64,000 nucleotides of DNA from positions 1,464 through 65,463 of the forward strand of contig CAYQXD010000001.1 of the NCBI GenBank assembly GCA_964421315.1, given 5' to 3'. This DNA comes from an uncultured Thiotrichaceae bacterium (lineage in GTDB: Bacteria > Pseudomonadota > Gammaproteobacteria > SZUA-229). This document shows, in pieces, positions 31,390 to 42,979 of this stretch. Position 1 is the stretch's first letter. Each line of letters opens with the position of its first letter. Made by a program: the position numbers and the translations under genes. The notes under the pieces were generated by a model. That model made no database searches and was not told where the DNA came from. It saw only the letters and a list, made by a program, of their open reading frames with translations.

Positions 31390-32283
31390 ATGAAAAAAAT
31401 AGAAATCCCGGTAATGATTCAATCATCACAAGCGATTGCCAACGCCGCAGTGACAGGCCCTGGCTCGCAACCCGCTGACAGCGATGGTGCACAAATGGAA
31501 TTTATGGATATGCCATCTGGCATGGCAACATTTGAAGCGCCGATTATACCTGAACCTGATGAGGTCGAAGGCCTGGAGCTAGCCATCGAGATGACAGAAA
31601 ACATGCTGTCTGCATTACAGTCTTATCGCATTGGTGACAAAGCCTGTGTTATTGAACTTGACCATCTGGACGATAAAAACCGCGAATTTTATAACAATCT
31701 GCTAGGCGATGGTGAAGTCAGTGTGCAATGCAATGGTGATTTAAAAGCAAGAAGTCAGGAATCTGTGTTAGCCGGTGCCTGGCGCGTGCAATACCTTGAT
31801 GAAAATGAAAATATTATCCGCGACACCATGGAGATAGCGGACATCCCAGGCCTGGTCAGTGAAATGACTTTTCAAAATGCGGTTAAAAATATTGATGTGT
31901 CTCAGCTTAAAATTCCTGAGAATGTATATAACGCCGCGCCGTTATTAGCCGAAATCAGCGACAAACTTCCGGAATTTTCTGCTAGTGGCAACGTGCATGT
32001 TATCAATTTGTCCCTGTTACCTCACACTGAAGAAGACATTCAGTACCTTTCTGACAATCTGGGCATAGGACCGGTGGTTATTTTGTCACGTGGTTACGGC
32101 AACTGCCGCATTAGCAGCACACAAACCAGAAATGTCTGGTGGGTGCAATACTACAATTCACAGGATACCTTAATCCTTAATACTCTGGAAATAAGCAAAG
32201 TCCCCGATGTCGCATGCGCCTCACAGGAAGACCTTGAAGACAGCGCTGCACGCCTCGATGAAATTCTTAACATTTACCGCTAA
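31390..32283 (+). CDS. hupH: hydrogenase expression/formation protein HyaF/HupH family
   Basis: The assignment rests on position and size (297 aa). Confidence 0.65.
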   Translation: MKKIEIPVMIQSSQAIANAAVTGPGSQPADSDGAQMEFMDMPSGMATFEAPIIPEPDEVEGLELAIEMTENMLSALQSYRIGDKACVIELDHLDDKNREFYNNLLGDGEVSVQCNGDLKARSQESVLAGAWRVQYLDENENIIRDTMEIADIPGLVSEMTFQNAVKNIDVSQLKIPENVYNAAPLLAEISDKLPEFSASGNVHVINLSLLPHTEEDIQYLSDNLGIGPVVILSRGYGNCRISSTQTRNVWWVQYYNSQDTLILNTLEISKVPDVACASQEDLEDSAARLDEILNIYR

Positions 32284-32304
32284 CACAGCACTGGAAATTT
32301 AACC

Positions 32305-32520
32305 ATGAATGAACAGTGCATCCCCGGCTCATTTGGCGGTGACATCAGCAAGATTGCCGATGACACACGCTTAGAATGCAAAATTTGCTGGCATGTCTAT
32401 GACCCTGAAAAAGGAGATGATTACTGGCAGATACCTGCAGGCACACCCTTTTCTCAACTGCCTGATCACTGGACATGTCCCGAATGTGATGGCAAAAAAA
32501 TTGACTTTATGGTGCTGTAA
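32305..32520 (+). CDS. hupI: rubredoxin
   Basis: Two CxxC pairs are present: CKICWHVY..WTCPECDG. Confidence 0.85.
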   Translation: MNEQCIPGSFGGDISKIADDTRLECKICWHVYDPEKGDDYWQIPAGTPFSQLPDHWTCPECDGKKIDFMVL

Positions 32521-32522
32521 AA

Positions 32523-33290
32523 ATGACTACTTATGCTACTGCTAAAACCGGCAATACTGAGACAACATCATCAGTTGTGACATCGATGGACACAAACCAG
32601 GCTGAAGTTGCTACACCTGCACCCGTACTCGTACATATTCTTGAAAAAAAAGTGACGCTACTTGAATCCATTTTTAATACGATATACCACCAGCGGATGA
32701 AGGATGTTCCTATCCTCAATGATAATATTGAAGTACGAGTTATTGGTTTCCAGCAATGGCAGGCTTCTTATCTGTGTATCATGATTACCCCCTGGTTTAT
32801 GAACCTGATGTTATTGCCGGGCGAAACAGAAAACTGGGACGATAAACGTGAGACCACATCCATCAGGCACACCTTTCCTTCTGGCAATTACAACTTTCTG
32901 GTCGGCTTCGAACCCGACATAGGCAAATATCAGATGTGCTCATTATTTTCACCCATGTTCGAATTTGCTGATAATGTCGCTGCCGTTAACACCGCTGAAG
33001 CCGCCATCAAAGAGCTGATGAACATCGAAAACATCGAACAAACAGATATTGACTGCAAACAGATTGAAGCGATCTGGGATGGCACAGAAGAACATCCTGA
33101 CAAAATTGCGGCAAGAGAAGCCGCAGAAAAAGCCAAAGCAGAAGCAACACCACGTGTGCCGCTAAAAGAAAGAATGGAACAACCCGTTAGTCGTCGTCGT
33201 TTATTACGTGGTGCCTTAATGCTGGACAACGATGAAAAAACACAGCCAACCATAACCAGCAAGAACATAACACTTGAAGAGAAAGAGTAA
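32523..33290 (+). CDS. hupJ: HybE/HupJ-family [NiFe]-hydrogenase assembly chaperone with extended charged C-terminal tail
   Basis: It follows the rubredoxin, as in the hup/hox operon order. The core reads WQASYLCIMITPWFMNL. Confidence 0.6.
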   Translation: MTTYATAKTGNTETTSSVVTSMDTNQAEVATPAPVLVHILEKKVTLLESIFNTIYHQRMKDVPILNDNIEVRVIGFQQWQASYLCIMITPWFMNLMLLPGETENWDDKRETTSIRHTFPSGNYNFLVGFEPDIGKYQMCSLFSPMFEFADNVAAVNTAEAAIKELMNIENIEQTDIDCKQIEAIWDGTEEHPDKIAAREAAEKAKAEATPRVPLKERMEQPVSRRRLLRGALMLDNDEKTQPTITSKNITLEEKE

Positions 33291-33302
33291 CAAGATTAAA
33301 AA

Positions 33303-34493
33303 ATGAACAATATTGAAGGACAACTTGATATTAACCTTTATCCACAACGCAAAAATGGTGCGCGTGTCGAGTTAAGCTCAAGCCGCCCGTTATATGCTGC
33401 AAATATTTTTGTTGGTAAAACACCTGAACAGGTTTTGTCCATAATACCGTTACTGTTTAGCATTTGCGGCATCGCACAATCACGTGCTGCACTTACTGCT
33501 ATTGAGCAAAACCTGGAAATTGATAACAACCATGAACTGGAAACAGCACGCGACATGCTGGTACTGGTGGAAAACGCAAAAGAGCATCTGTTTCGCCTGT
33601 TCATTGACTGGCCTAAATTATTCGAACTGAAAATCAGCAATGACAAACTACCCTACCTGGGCAAGATGCTGGATGATTTTAAAACCGCATTATTCCAGCA
33701 TGGTGTAGCATTTAATCTGAACGCTAAACTGAATGTTTCTTTTAAAAATACTGGTCAGCTGATCGACAAACTGGATCAGACTTTACAACAACATGTATTT
33801 TGCCAAAATACACAAGACTGGCTGAAAATTACAAACATCCAGAGCCTGCATAACTGGGCACAACAAGGCGACAGCATTGCAGCAAAGTCTATCCGTATTA
33901 TCTGCCAGCAAGGCTGGGCATCTCAAGGTTTGACAGATTGCCAACAATTACCTGTGCTCGATGAAAAACATCTGCTTGAACAATTCAATTTCAGTTCAGC
34001 GCAGCAGTTTATCGAACAACCACAGTGGCATGGTCATTGTTATGAGACCACCGCACTCACTCGCCAATTTGAGCAACCACTGATTCAGGCATTGCATAAA
34101 GAGTTTCACAGCACATTAATTACCCGCTGGGTTGCGCGACTGGTCGAACTGGCAAGCACCCCTCAGCGACTGCGCAATATGTTACAGCAGTTGATTAACA
34201 ATGATACGCAAGCTGATGAAAAACATACAAACAAGAAAACGACTAAAGGCCTGGCACAAGTTGAAGCGGCACGTGGTCGCTTAATTCACCGGGTAGAAAT
34301 TGAACACAACATTATCAGTAATTATCAGATACTGGCACCAACAGAGTGGAACTTTCACCCGCAAGGCCTGGTGGCAAAAAGCCTCGATAGTTTATTAGCC
34401 AGTGGCAATAGTAAAGATGATCTGAAAAAACTGGCTCATCTGCTGATCAACGCGATAGACCCCTGTGTCGGTTATCAGCTGAGGATTCACTAA
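33303..34493 (+). CDS. hupK: hydrogenase large-subunit-like scaffold protein HupK/HoxV
   Basis: It has large-subunit-like N-terminal ..ICGIAQS and C-terminal DPCVGYQ motifs with incomplete Ni ligands. Confidence 0.75.
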   Translation: MNNIEGQLDINLYPQRKNGARVELSSSRPLYAANIFVGKTPEQVLSIIPLLFSICGIAQSRAALTAIEQNLEIDNNHELETARDMLVLVENAKEHLFRLFIDWPKLFELKISNDKLPYLGKMLDDFKTALFQHGVAFNLNAKLNVSFKNTGQLIDKLDQTLQQHVFCQNTQDWLKITNIQSLHNWAQQGDSIAAKSIRIICQQGWASQGLTDCQQLPVLDEKHLLEQFNFSSAQQFIEQPQWHGHCYETTALTRQFEQPLIQALHKEFHSTLITRWVARLVELASTPQRLRNMLQQLINNDTQADEKHTNKKTTKGLAQVEAARGRLIHRVEIEHNIISNYQILAPTEWNFHPQGLVAKSLDSLLASGNSKDDLKKLAHLLINAIDPCVGYQLRIH

Positions 34494-34834
34494 TGCATGA
34501 AATGTCACTCTGCGAAGGGGTATTGCAGGTATTGCAAACTGAAGCCAGCAAGCAGGGCTTCACTAAAGTTATCGCTGTTTGGCTGGAGATTGGTGACCTC
34601 TCCAGCGTCGAACCCGAAGCGATGTTATTCAGCTTCGATGTCGTCACACGAAACTCGCTGGCTGACGGCGCAAAATTAAATATTATCAATGTACCCGGTA
34701 TTGCCTGGTGCATGCAATGTTCAAAAAATGTCGCCGTCAAACAACGTTTTGACGAATGCCCTGATTGCGGTAGTTTCCAATTACAGGTAACCGGCGGTGA
34801 TGAGATGAAAATTAAAGAACTGGAGGTAAAATAA
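34493..34834 (+). CDS. hypA: hydrogenase nickel incorporation protein HypA
   Basis: It has MHEMSLCEG, two CxxC pairs and is 113 aa. Confidence 0.85.
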   Translation: MHEMSLCEGVLQVLQTEASKQGFTKVIAVWLEIGDLSSVEPEAMLFSFDVVTRNSLADGAKLNIINVPGIAWCMQCSKNVAVKQRFDECPDCGSFQLQVTGGDEMKIKELEVK

Positions 34835-35070
34835 TGTGCCTGGCACTACCCGCAAAAATTATTGCTATTAATGAGGCCACCGACATGGCTTGTGTTTCTA
34901 TCGGCGAAGTTAAAAAGGATATTTCTATTGCTCTGGTAGATGACGTAACTGTCGGAGACTATGTATTAATTCACGTTGGTTATGCACTCAACAAAATCAG
35001 CCCGGAAGAAGCCGAAATAACCTTACAGGTGTTTGCTGAAGCGGGACTGACAAATGCAGCTTCTCAATAA
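34834..35070 (+). CDS. hypC: hydrogenase assembly chaperone HypC
   Basis: It begins MCLALPAKI and is 78 aa. Confidence 0.85.
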   Translation: MCLALPAKIIAINEATDMACVSIGEVKKDISIALVDDVTVGDYVLIHVGYALNKISPEEAEITLQVFAEAGLTNAASQ

Positions 35071-35079
35071 GGTACAACA

Positions 35080-36249
35080 ATGAAATATATCGAAGAATTC
35101 CGCCGCCAGGATCTGGCAAAAAATATCGCATTATCAATTGAAAAAGAGATTGATGACAACCGTCAATACAACCTGATGGAGTTTTGTGGCGGCCATACCC
35201 ATGCTATCTATCGTTATGGGGTACAGGATTTGATGCCACCGAATATAAAGTTTGTGCATGGTCCTGGCTGCCCTGTCTGCGTGCTGCCCATCGGACGTAT
35301 CGACAACGCCATTGAGCTTGCACAAAAACATGATGTCATTCTCTGCACCTATGGCGATTTGATGCGAGTACCCGCAAGCGGTCACAAAAATCTGCTTAAA
35401 ATTAAAGCAGAAGGCGCTGACATCCGCATGGTTTACTCTACTCTGGACGCTTTGAAAATTACCAGGGATAACCCGGATCGTGAGGTTGTGTTTTTTGCCA
35501 TTGGTTTTGAAACAACAACGCCTGCTACTGCTGTTGCTCTCAAACAGGCTAAAGCCGAAAAGCTGCAGAACTTCAGCATATTCTGCAATCATGTACTCAC
35601 ACCTGCCGCTATTCAGAATATTCTGGAATCTCCTGAAGTACGTGAAATAGGTTCTGTATTAATAGACGGTTTTTTTGGGCCTTCACATGTCAGTTCTATT
35701 ATTGGCAGCCAGCCTTATGAGTTTTTTGCTGAAGAATTTCAAAAACCGGTTGTTATAGCTGGATTTGAGCCGCTTGATGTCATGCAATCAGCATTGATGC
35801 TAATTCGTCAGATAAACCAGGGGCGACATGAAGTTGAAAATGAATATACCCGTGTGGTCACGCGCGAAGGCAACCTTAAAGCACAAAACCTGGTGGCAGA
35901 AACCATGGAACTGCGTCGCAGCTTTGAATGGCGCGGACTGGGACTGGTGCCGTACAGTGCCTTGCAGGTCAAGCAGGAATTCGCTGAGTTTGATGCTGAA
36001 AAACGTTTTAGTGTACCTGAAATTCAGGCGTCAGATGTAAAAGGTTGCGAGTGCCCCCGGATTCTTCGGGGCATAAAAAAACCCACTGACTGTAAATTAT
36101 TCGGCACCGTCTGCACCCCGGAAAACCCGATGGGATCCTGCATGGTATCCTCTGAAGGTGCCTGCGCGGCCTATTGGAGCTATGGGCGATTCCGTCATTC
36201 TGAATCTGAGTCTAAATCTAAAATAAATCCACAAACGAAAGCCGCATGA
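35080..36249 (+). CDS. hypD: hydrogenase maturation factor HypD
   Basis: Motifs CGGHTHAI, GPGCPVCV and the C-terminal CxxC.. cluster are present. Confidence 0.9.
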   Translation: MKYIEEFRRQDLAKNIALSIEKEIDDNRQYNLMEFCGGHTHAIYRYGVQDLMPPNIKFVHGPGCPVCVLPIGRIDNAIELAQKHDVILCTYGDLMRVPASGHKNLLKIKAEGADIRMVYSTLDALKITRDNPDREVVFFAIGFETTTPATAVALKQAKAEKLQNFSIFCNHVLTPAAIQNILESPEVREIGSVLIDGFFGPSHVSSIIGSQPYEFFAEEFQKPVVIAGFEPLDVMQSALMLIRQINQGRHEVENEYTRVVTREGNLKAQNLVAETMELRRSFEWRGLGLVPYSALQVKQEFAEFDAEKRFSVPEIQASDVKGCECPRILRGIKKPTDCKLFGTVCTPENPMGSCMVSSEGACAAYWSYGRFRHSESESKSKINPQTKAA

Positions 36250-37298
36250 CTCAAAATCCAAAAAAACGGTTCACAACACGGTTGAACATCCGTAATGGTT
36301 CTATCGATATGACACACGGCAGTGGTGGTCGTGCCATGGCGCAATTAATCGATGATATATTTATTAAACATTTCAACAATGAATGGCTATGCCAGGCCAA
36401 TGATCAGGCCGCTTTTAATGTCAGCGAAGGTCGAATGGTAATGAGTACTGACGGTCACGTGATTTCACCGTTATTTTTCCCGGGAGGCGACATTGGTTCT
36501 CTTTCGGTTCATGGCACCATCAATGATGTTGCCATGTCAGGCGCTAAACCCCTGTATTTATCTGCTGGCTTCATTCTTGAGGAAGGTTTTCCACTGGCAG
36601 ACCTCGAAAAAATTGTTATCAGCATGAGTAAAGCGGCCAGTGATGCTGGCGTCCCAGTGGTAACGGGCGATACCAAAGTCGTCGACAGAGGCTCGGCAGA
36701 TGGTGTTTTTATAACCACCACAGGCATCGGCGTAATACCCAAAGGGATTAATATTTCTGGCGATTTAGCGCAACAGGGCGATGCTATTTTAGTCAGTGGA
36801 AGCATTGGCGATCACGGCATTGCGATCATGTCCAGCCGGGAAAACCTGGAGTTTGAAACCACCATTGAATCTGATTCAGCGGCACTGCACGGTCTGGTTG
36901 CCGATATGATAGCCGAAGTACCGAGCATCCACTGCTTGCGAGATCCAACCCGTGGTGGTCTGGCAACAACACTGAATGAACTGGCACAGCAATCTGGCGT
37001 GGGTATGAACCTGCATGAATCCAGCATCCCCATCAAACCAGCGGTCACTGCCGCCTGTGAATTGCTCGGGCTTGATCCGCTTTACGTTGCCAATGAAGGC
37101 AAGTTGATCTGTATCTGTGCACCACAGGATGCGCAACAAATACTACAGGTCATGCAAAACCACCCATTGGGCCAGCAGGCTGCAATCATCGGCGAAGTCA
37201 CTGAGAGCCAACATGGCTTCGTTCAAATGGAAACCAGTTTTGGCGGTAGCCGCGTTGTCGACTGGCTTACTGGCGAACAATTACCGAGGATTTGCTAA
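36246..37298 (+). CDS. hypE: hydrogenase maturation factor HypE (carbamoyl dehydratase)
   Basis: It has an AIR-synthase-related fold and ends in PRIC. Confidence 0.9.
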   Translation: MTQNPKKRFTTRLNIRNGSIDMTHGSGGRAMAQLIDDIFIKHFNNEWLCQANDQAAFNVSEGRMVMSTDGHVISPLFFPGGDIGSLSVHGTINDVAMSGAKPLYLSAGFILEEGFPLADLEKIVISMSKAASDAGVPVVTGDTKVVDRGSADGVFITTTGIGVIPKGINISGDLAQQGDAILVSGSIGDHGIAIMSSRENLEFETTIESDSAALHGLVADMIAEVPSIHCLRDPTRGGLATTLNELAQQSGVGMNLHESSIPIKPAVTAACELLGLDPLYVANEGKLICICAPQDAQQILQVMQNHPLGQQAAIIGEVTESQHGFVQMETSFGGSRVVDWLTGEQLPRIC

Positions 37299-37301
37299 GT
37301 T

Positions 37302-39008
37302 ATGCGCATCCTGTTCTTAAGCCATGCTTTTAACAGCCTGACACAACGTTTATTTGTTGAACTTGGGATGCGCAACCATGAGGTATCGGTAGAATTTGAT
37401 ATTAACGACAGCGTGGCAATCGATGCCGTTAACCTGTTTCAGCCGGATCTGATTATTGCCCCCTTTCTGAAACGCGCCATCGCGGAAGTCATTTGGCGTA
37501 ATCATGTTTGTCTGGTGGTGCATCCGGGCATCCGTGGTGACCGTGGCTCCTCTGCGCTGGACTGGGCCATCCTGAACAACGAAAAACACTGGGGCGTGAC
37601 CATTTTACAGGCCAATAGTGAAATGGACGCAGGTGATATCTGGGCTTGCAGTGAATTCAAAATGCGTAATGCCAGCAAAGCCAGTTTGTATCATCATGAA
37701 GTAACCAAAGCGGCGGTGGATGCCGTACTAACTGCCGTATCACGCTACCAGAGCAAGCATTACCTGGCTGAAGCACTGGATTATTCTAATCCAGAGGTGC
37801 GCGGCAAACAGCGCCCTCCAGTGCGACAATGCGACAGAAGCATAAATTGGCTAAAAGATAACACGCAAACCATACTACGTAAAATTCGCAGTGCTGATGG
37901 TTTTCCTGGTGTCACTGACAAGCTGTTTGGCCGCGAACTGTATCTCTATGATGCACAGCCTGAGGCTAGTTTGAAAGGAAATCCAGGTGATCTCATTGCC
38001 TGTTGCGGAGTCAGTGTTTGCCGAGCAACCGTTGATGGCGCAATCTGGATTGGGCATCTGCGCGACAAACAGGCAAAACATAGCTTCAAACTTCCTGCAA
38101 CCAGAGTGCTGGCCGAAGAAGTGGCAAATCTGCCGGAAATTATTGCCGACAAAAACAGTGGCTATCAAGATATCTGGTATCAGCAGAAAGATGAAGTCGG
38201 CTACCTGCACTTTTCATTCTACAACGGCGCAATGGGTACACAGCAGTGTGAACGTCTACGTCAGGCTTACCTTGAAGCGTGTCAACATAAAACAAAAGTC
38301 ATCGTACTGATGGGCGGGCAGGATTACTGGAGCAATGGCATGCACCTGAATCTAATCGAAGCCAGCGATAGCCCGGCAGACGAATCCTGGCGCAATATTA
38401 ACGCCATTGATGATCTGGCACTGGAAATTATTAATACCGATTCTCACCTGACGGTGGCTGCCCTGCAAGGCAACGCAGGTGCTGGTGGTGTCTTTCTGGC
38501 ACGCGCTACTGATGAGGTATGGGCGCGTGAGGGTGTGATACTTAACCCGCATTACAAAGACATGGGCAACCTTTATGGCTCCGAATACTGGAGCTACCTG
38601 TTGCCGCGATACACGACAAACGACAATGCCAGTCGTATCACTCAGGCACGTTTGCCTGTTTCTACAAAAGAAGCATTATCGTTAGGCTTACTCGATGCTG
38701 TTTTTGAAAGCGAACCAACAAACTTTGTGCGCACAGTTAAACAAAGTGCCCGCGCAATGGCAACAGACAAAAACTTCAACGCCCGCCTTGCAGATAAAAT
38801 GAAACAGCGTTTAAGCGATGAAAATATAAAACCCTTAGCAGCATACCGTGAGCAGGAATTAGTTCGAATGAAACAGAACTTTTATGGTTTTGACCCGAGC
38901 TACCACGTTGCCCGCTATAACTTTGTTTATAAAGTAGCAAAATCACGTACCCCCTTGACCATAGCGCGGCATCGTCGAATAAACCAGCCTTTACGGAGAG
39001 CATCATGA
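37302..39008 (+). CDS. hypX: HypX/HoxX hydrogenase maturation factor (N-terminal formyltransferase-like plus C-terminal crotonase-like domains)
   Basis: The N-terminus reads VVHPGIRGDRGSSALDWAI.. (Fmt-like). The C-terminus has enoyl-CoA hydratase-like GG..G blocks. It is 568 aa and lies between hypE and hypB, as in R. eutropha. Confidence 0.75.
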   Translation: MRILFLSHAFNSLTQRLFVELGMRNHEVSVEFDINDSVAIDAVNLFQPDLIIAPFLKRAIAEVIWRNHVCLVVHPGIRGDRGSSALDWAILNNEKHWGVTILQANSEMDAGDIWACSEFKMRNASKASLYHHEVTKAAVDAVLTAVSRYQSKHYLAEALDYSNPEVRGKQRPPVRQCDRSINWLKDNTQTILRKIRSADGFPGVTDKLFGRELYLYDAQPEASLKGNPGDLIACCGVSVCRATVDGAIWIGHLRDKQAKHSFKLPATRVLAEEVANLPEIIADKNSGYQDIWYQQKDEVGYLHFSFYNGAMGTQQCERLRQAYLEACQHKTKVIVLMGGQDYWSNGMHLNLIEASDSPADESWRNINAIDDLALEIINTDSHLTVAALQGNAGAGGVFLARATDEVWAREGVILNPHYKDMGNLYGSEYWSYLLPRYTTNDNASRITQARLPVSTKEALSLGLLDAVFESEPTNFVRTVKQSARAMATDKNFNARLADKMKQRLSDENIKPLAAYREQELVRMKQNFYGFDPSYHVARYNFVYKVAKSRTPLTIARHRRINQPLRRAS

Positions 39009-39165
39009 CAACAACATTAATCACAAAAAATACAGACATTTTAGATCGGCAGTGTCTTAGCCTTAAACAAACAAGTGCTTTAATGCTAAAAAACAGTATT
39101 TCAACATACCCTCATTTCTCACTCGATAGTGAGCAATTGAAAGCCAATAAACTGGAGGTGAAATA

Positions 39166-40131
39166 ATGTGTACAGTATGCGGATGCGGTGAAGGCGAAAG
39201 CAGAATAGAGGGCTCGAATGCAAAACATCAGCAGCATAGTCATGAGCATGAGCATGAGCATGAGCATGAACACAGTCATGCCCACTCACATGATCATCAG
39301 CATGACCATAGTCACAGTGACGACCAGCCTGTACACCAGGGACACGATCACCATTATGGTCACGGTCCGGCACACGCGCATGCACCCGGCATGAGCCAGG
39401 CGCGTATGGTACAGGTAGAGCAGGATATCCTCGGCAAAAATAACGAATATGCCAATGAAAATCGTCGTTTATTTACCAACAAAGGCATACTGACGCTGAA
39501 TCTTGTGTCCAGCCCCGGTTCGGGTAAAACCACCCTGCTTACCCGAACACTCACCGACCTTAAAGATGAGATGCCACTGGCGGTTATTGAAGGTGATCAG
39601 GAAACCAGCCAGGATGCAGACCGTATTCGTGCTACCGGTGTGCCTGCGATTCAAATCAACACCGGTAAAGGCTGTCATCTGGATGCGCACCAGATCGGTC
39701 ACGCCGTTGAACATTTATCACCCGAAGAAGCATCTGTATTAATGATTGAAAATGTGGGCAATCTGGTCTGCCCGGCAGCGTTTGACTTAGGCGAGGCACA
39801 TAAAGTCGCCATACTGTCTGTCACTGAAGGTGAAGATAAACCGATAAAATATCCCGACATGTTTTTTGCAGCTGACCTCCTGTTGCTTAACAAAATCGAT
39901 CTGTTGCCCTACCTCGATTTCGATGTAAACAAGTGCATCGAATATGCTCAACGCGTCAACCCGGGCATTCAAATTCTTCAGCTGTCGGCAACCACTGGTG
40001 AAGGTATGGATCACTGGTATCAGTGGATACGACTGGCACATCAAACACGTCTGATCGGTCGCCCTGCAGCATCGAACATACAATCAACCTCACCCGCACA
40101 AAGCACAGGAAAAGTGGCTGAGGCAAGCTAA
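39166..40131 (+). CDS. hypB: hydrogenase nickel-insertion GTPase HypB with His-rich N-terminal metal-storage tract
   Basis: It has MCTVCGCG, an (HE)5../HDHQHDH tract and the P-loop GSGKTTL. Confidence 0.9.
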   Translation: MCTVCGCGEGESRIEGSNAKHQQHSHEHEHEHEHEHSHAHSHDHQHDHSHSDDQPVHQGHDHHYGHGPAHAHAPGMSQARMVQVEQDILGKNNEYANENRRLFTNKGILTLNLVSSPGSGKTTLLTRTLTDLKDEMPLAVIEGDQETSQDADRIRATGVPAIQINTGKGCHLDAHQIGHAVEHLSPEEASVLMIENVGNLVCPAAFDLGEAHKVAILSVTEGEDKPIKYPDMFFAADLLLLNKIDLLPYLDFDVNKCIEYAQRVNPGIQILQLSATTGEGMDHWYQWIRLAHQTRLIGRPAASNIQSTSPAQSTGKVAEAS

Positions 40132-41609
40132 TGACAAATATTCCCAGCATTCTGGTACTTGATGATGAACAGCGTTCCCTGGAATCTATCCAACGAATTC
40201 TGGATGACCAGTTCGATGTGCATATCGCCAGCACCATTGAACAGGCTGAAACTATCCTGCAACGTGAATGGATACAGATATTGCTTTGTGATCAACGCAT
40301 GCCGGAAATGACCGGCGTTGAATTCACCGAAAAAATTCGCGATGACTACCCGGATGTCATCCGTATGATTATCTCCGGTTATACCGAATCAAATGACATA
40401 ATCGATGCAATAAACAAAGGTGGCATCTACCAGTACATAACAAAACCCTGGCATCCGGATGAATTGATTTCCAAACTCAACAATGCAGTAGAACTGTTTC
40501 GACTGCAACGTGAAAATGCACAATTGACAGTAGAACTAAAGCTCAAACCAGATTCTGTCGAAGCCGTCATGGTTAAAAAACGCCATGCATTAAAAGCACG
40601 ATACGATTGGGATCAGGGCATCGTGCGTAGCCCCGACAGCAGCATGAACGGTATTTGTAACCTAATAAGAAACGTTGCAGCTTTTGATGTCAGTGTATTG
40701 CTCACCGGTGAATCTGGTACCGGAAAAGAATTGTGTGCGCGCGCACTGCACTACAACAGTTTGCGACAGGATAAAATTTTTGTTGCCGAAAACTGCGGCG
40801 CACTGCCAGACGAATTACTGGAAAGTGAATTATTTGGCCATAAACGCGGTGCCTTTACCGGCGCAAACGAAGACCGCATCGGTATGTTCGAACTGGCCAA
40901 TGGCGGTACTATTTTTCTTGATGAGATCGGTGAAACCAGTCCCGCTTTTCAGGTCAAACTGCTTCGCGTGTTGCAGGAAGGCGAAATTCGTCCTTTAGGC
41001 AGCAACACGAGACGTTCTATTGATGTACGCATCATTGCTGCTACCAATCGCGATCTTGAAGAGGATGTAAAAACCGGAAAATTCCGACAGGATTTATATT
41101 ACCGCCTGGCAACTTTTGCCGTAGAAATCCCGCCGCTGCGTGAACGTAAAGAAGACATTATCCCATTGGCTATCTCGATTCTTAGTGAGTCAATGGATTT
41201 ATTAGGCAAACACGTTAAAGGCATCAGCGCAGAAGCCCTGCATTGCTTTGAAACTTATCAGTGGCCCGGCAATGTGCGTGAAATGCAAAATGAAATTAAA
41301 CGCATGCTGGTACTCGGACAGAAAGATTATTTGGGCTCAGAACTGGTATCAGAACATATCCTGCACGCTACCCCGGATGAATCGGTTGCTGACATGGCAG
41401 TACTTAATAGTGTTTCCGGCACCTTAAAAGAACGTGTCGAAACGCTGGAAGCACGCATATTAAAAGAAACCCTTATCCGTTTACGCTGGAACAAATCCCA
41501 GGCGGCACAGGAACTGGGTTTGTCGCGTGCTGGATTACGCAGCAAACTTGAGCGTTATGGTCTGGAAAAAAACGCTAACATTGCATCCATTGCAGAAAAT
41601 GTTGCATGA
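40131..41609 (+). CDS. hoxA: sigma-54-dependent response regulator (NtrC family), hydrogenase transcriptional activator
   Basis: It has a REC domain, an AAA+ sigma-54 interaction domain (GESGTGKE, GAFTGA) and a C-terminal HTH. Confidence 0.85.
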   Translation: MTNIPSILVLDDEQRSLESIQRILDDQFDVHIASTIEQAETILQREWIQILLCDQRMPEMTGVEFTEKIRDDYPDVIRMIISGYTESNDIIDAINKGGIYQYITKPWHPDELISKLNNAVELFRLQRENAQLTVELKLKPDSVEAVMVKKRHALKARYDWDQGIVRSPDSSMNGICNLIRNVAAFDVSVLLTGESGTGKELCARALHYNSLRQDKIFVAENCGALPDELLESELFGHKRGAFTGANEDRIGMFELANGGTIFLDEIGETSPAFQVKLLRVLQEGEIRPLGSNTRRSIDVRIIAATNRDLEEDVKTGKFRQDLYYRLATFAVEIPPLRERKEDIIPLAISILSESMDLLGKHVKGISAEALHCFETYQWPGNVREMQNEIKRMLVLGQKDYLGSELVSEHILHATPDESVADMAVLNSVSGTLKERVETLEARILKETLIRLRWNKSQAAQELGLSRAGLRSKLERYGLEKNANIASIAENVA

Positions 41610-42979
41610 ATGACTCAGCCACACAACCGCCTGCCGATATAACGCAGTTTGTTGGTATACCATCTAAACAGGGTCAACAAACGCGTCGCGCGGATGATCA
41701 GATGTGGCTTGATGTTATTCAACGCATTGAAAACGACTATGCTGCACTGGTAAATTATCAAGTCGAGCTGGAAGAAAAAAATGCGGCACTGGTCGATGCA
41801 CAACATTTTATTAAAAGCATCTTAGCGTCTATCTCGGATGTGCTTATCGTCTGTGATATCAATGGCATTATTCTGCAGGTAAATGATGCGCTGGAAAAAG
41901 CCATTGGCAAAACCGCAGAAAAAATAACAGGTAACACTCTGATGACGTTAATCAGTGAAAAACACCGGTCCATGATTGCAGAATTCCCTGAGCATATACG
42001 CTCCAGTGCTATTATCGACTGTGAAATTGATCTGCTTAATAACGAGCATAAAAATGTGCCCATGGCTGTCAACTGCAGCGCACGTTTTGACCACAAAGGC
42101 CGCCTTTGCGGTTTTGTTATTACCGGCCGCCCCCTGGGTGAATTATTAAAAGCCTATGGTGAGTTAAATCAATCTCACGAAGAGTTAATCAAGGCTCAAC
42201 AACAATTAATCCAGTCTGAAAAGCTGGCATCACTTGGCCTCCTGGTCGCAGGCGTTGCCCATGAACTCAACAATCCAATCAGTTTCCTGTATGCGAACAT
42301 GCATGCACTACAAACTTATGAAAAAAAATTAAAACTTTACCTCAATGCCATCCATAACCACAGCTCTGAAAGTGAGCGTGAAAGATTACGTAAAGAGTTA
42401 AAAATCGACCGTATAATGAATGACATTGAACCACTGGTTGAAGGGTCGCTGGAAGGCGCTGAACGAGTCAGTGATATTGTAAAAAACCTGCGCAAATTCG
42501 CTACCCCGCAGGCTGAAATAAAACAGGTTTTTGATTTGGTGCACGTTATTAAACGTGCCACAAGCTGGGTGCTAAAAGCCGCCACGACTAAACCGGAAAT
42601 CATTACCGACTACCCTGAACGCCTGGAATTATTTAATAATGAAGGGCATGTTCACCAGATTCTTATCAACCTTATACAGAATGCTGTTGATGCCATTGCA
42701 GGCATTCAACAACCCCGGCTTCACCTTGGTATCCACATTAAAAACAAGGTGGTTGAAATCAGTATCCTGGATAATGGTGCCGGCATTTCAACACTGGATA
42801 TCGGCAAAATATTTGACCCTTTTTTTACCACAAAAGCGGTTGGCAGTGGCACCGGTCTGGGACTCTACATCAGTTATGGGCTGGCAACTGAACAATGTGG
42901 TGGTGACCTGAACGCCATTAGCCATCACAATAGTGGTGCTGAATTTATACTCGCTCTACCATTAGAGGTATCAGCATGA
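41606..42979 (+). CDS. hoxJ: soluble PAS-containing histidine kinase partner of the regulatory hydrogenase
   Basis: It has a PAS region, the H-box VAHELNNP and the ATPase motifs. There are no TM segments. Confidence 0.8.
   Translation: MNDSATQPPADITQFVGIPSKQGQQTRRADDQMWLDVIQRIENDYAALVNYQVELEEKNAALVDAQHFIKSILASISDVLIVCDINGIILQVNDALEKAIGKTAEKITGNTLMTLISEKHRSMIAEFPEHIRSSAIIDCEIDLLNNEHKNVPMAVNCSARFDHKGRLCGFVITGRPLGELLKAYGELNQSHEELIKAQQQLIQSEKLASLGLLVAGVAHELNNPISFLYANMHALQTYEKKLKLYLNAIHNHSSESERERLRKELKIDRIMNDIEPLVEGSLEGAERVSDIVKNLRKFATPQAEIKQVFDLVHVIKRATSWVLKAATTKPEIITDYPERLELFNNEGHVHQILINLIQNAVDAIAGIQQPRLHLGIHIKNKVVEISILDNGAGISTLDIGKIFDPFFTTKAVGSGTGLGLYISYGLATEQCGGDLNAISHHNSGAEFILALPLEVSA

Noticed and set aside
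39119-39385. 88-aa His/Asp-rich minus-strand ORF overlapping the hypB 5' end
   Set aside because: It mirrors the His-codon-rich tract (CAT/CAC repeats) of hypB. It is a compositional artefact.
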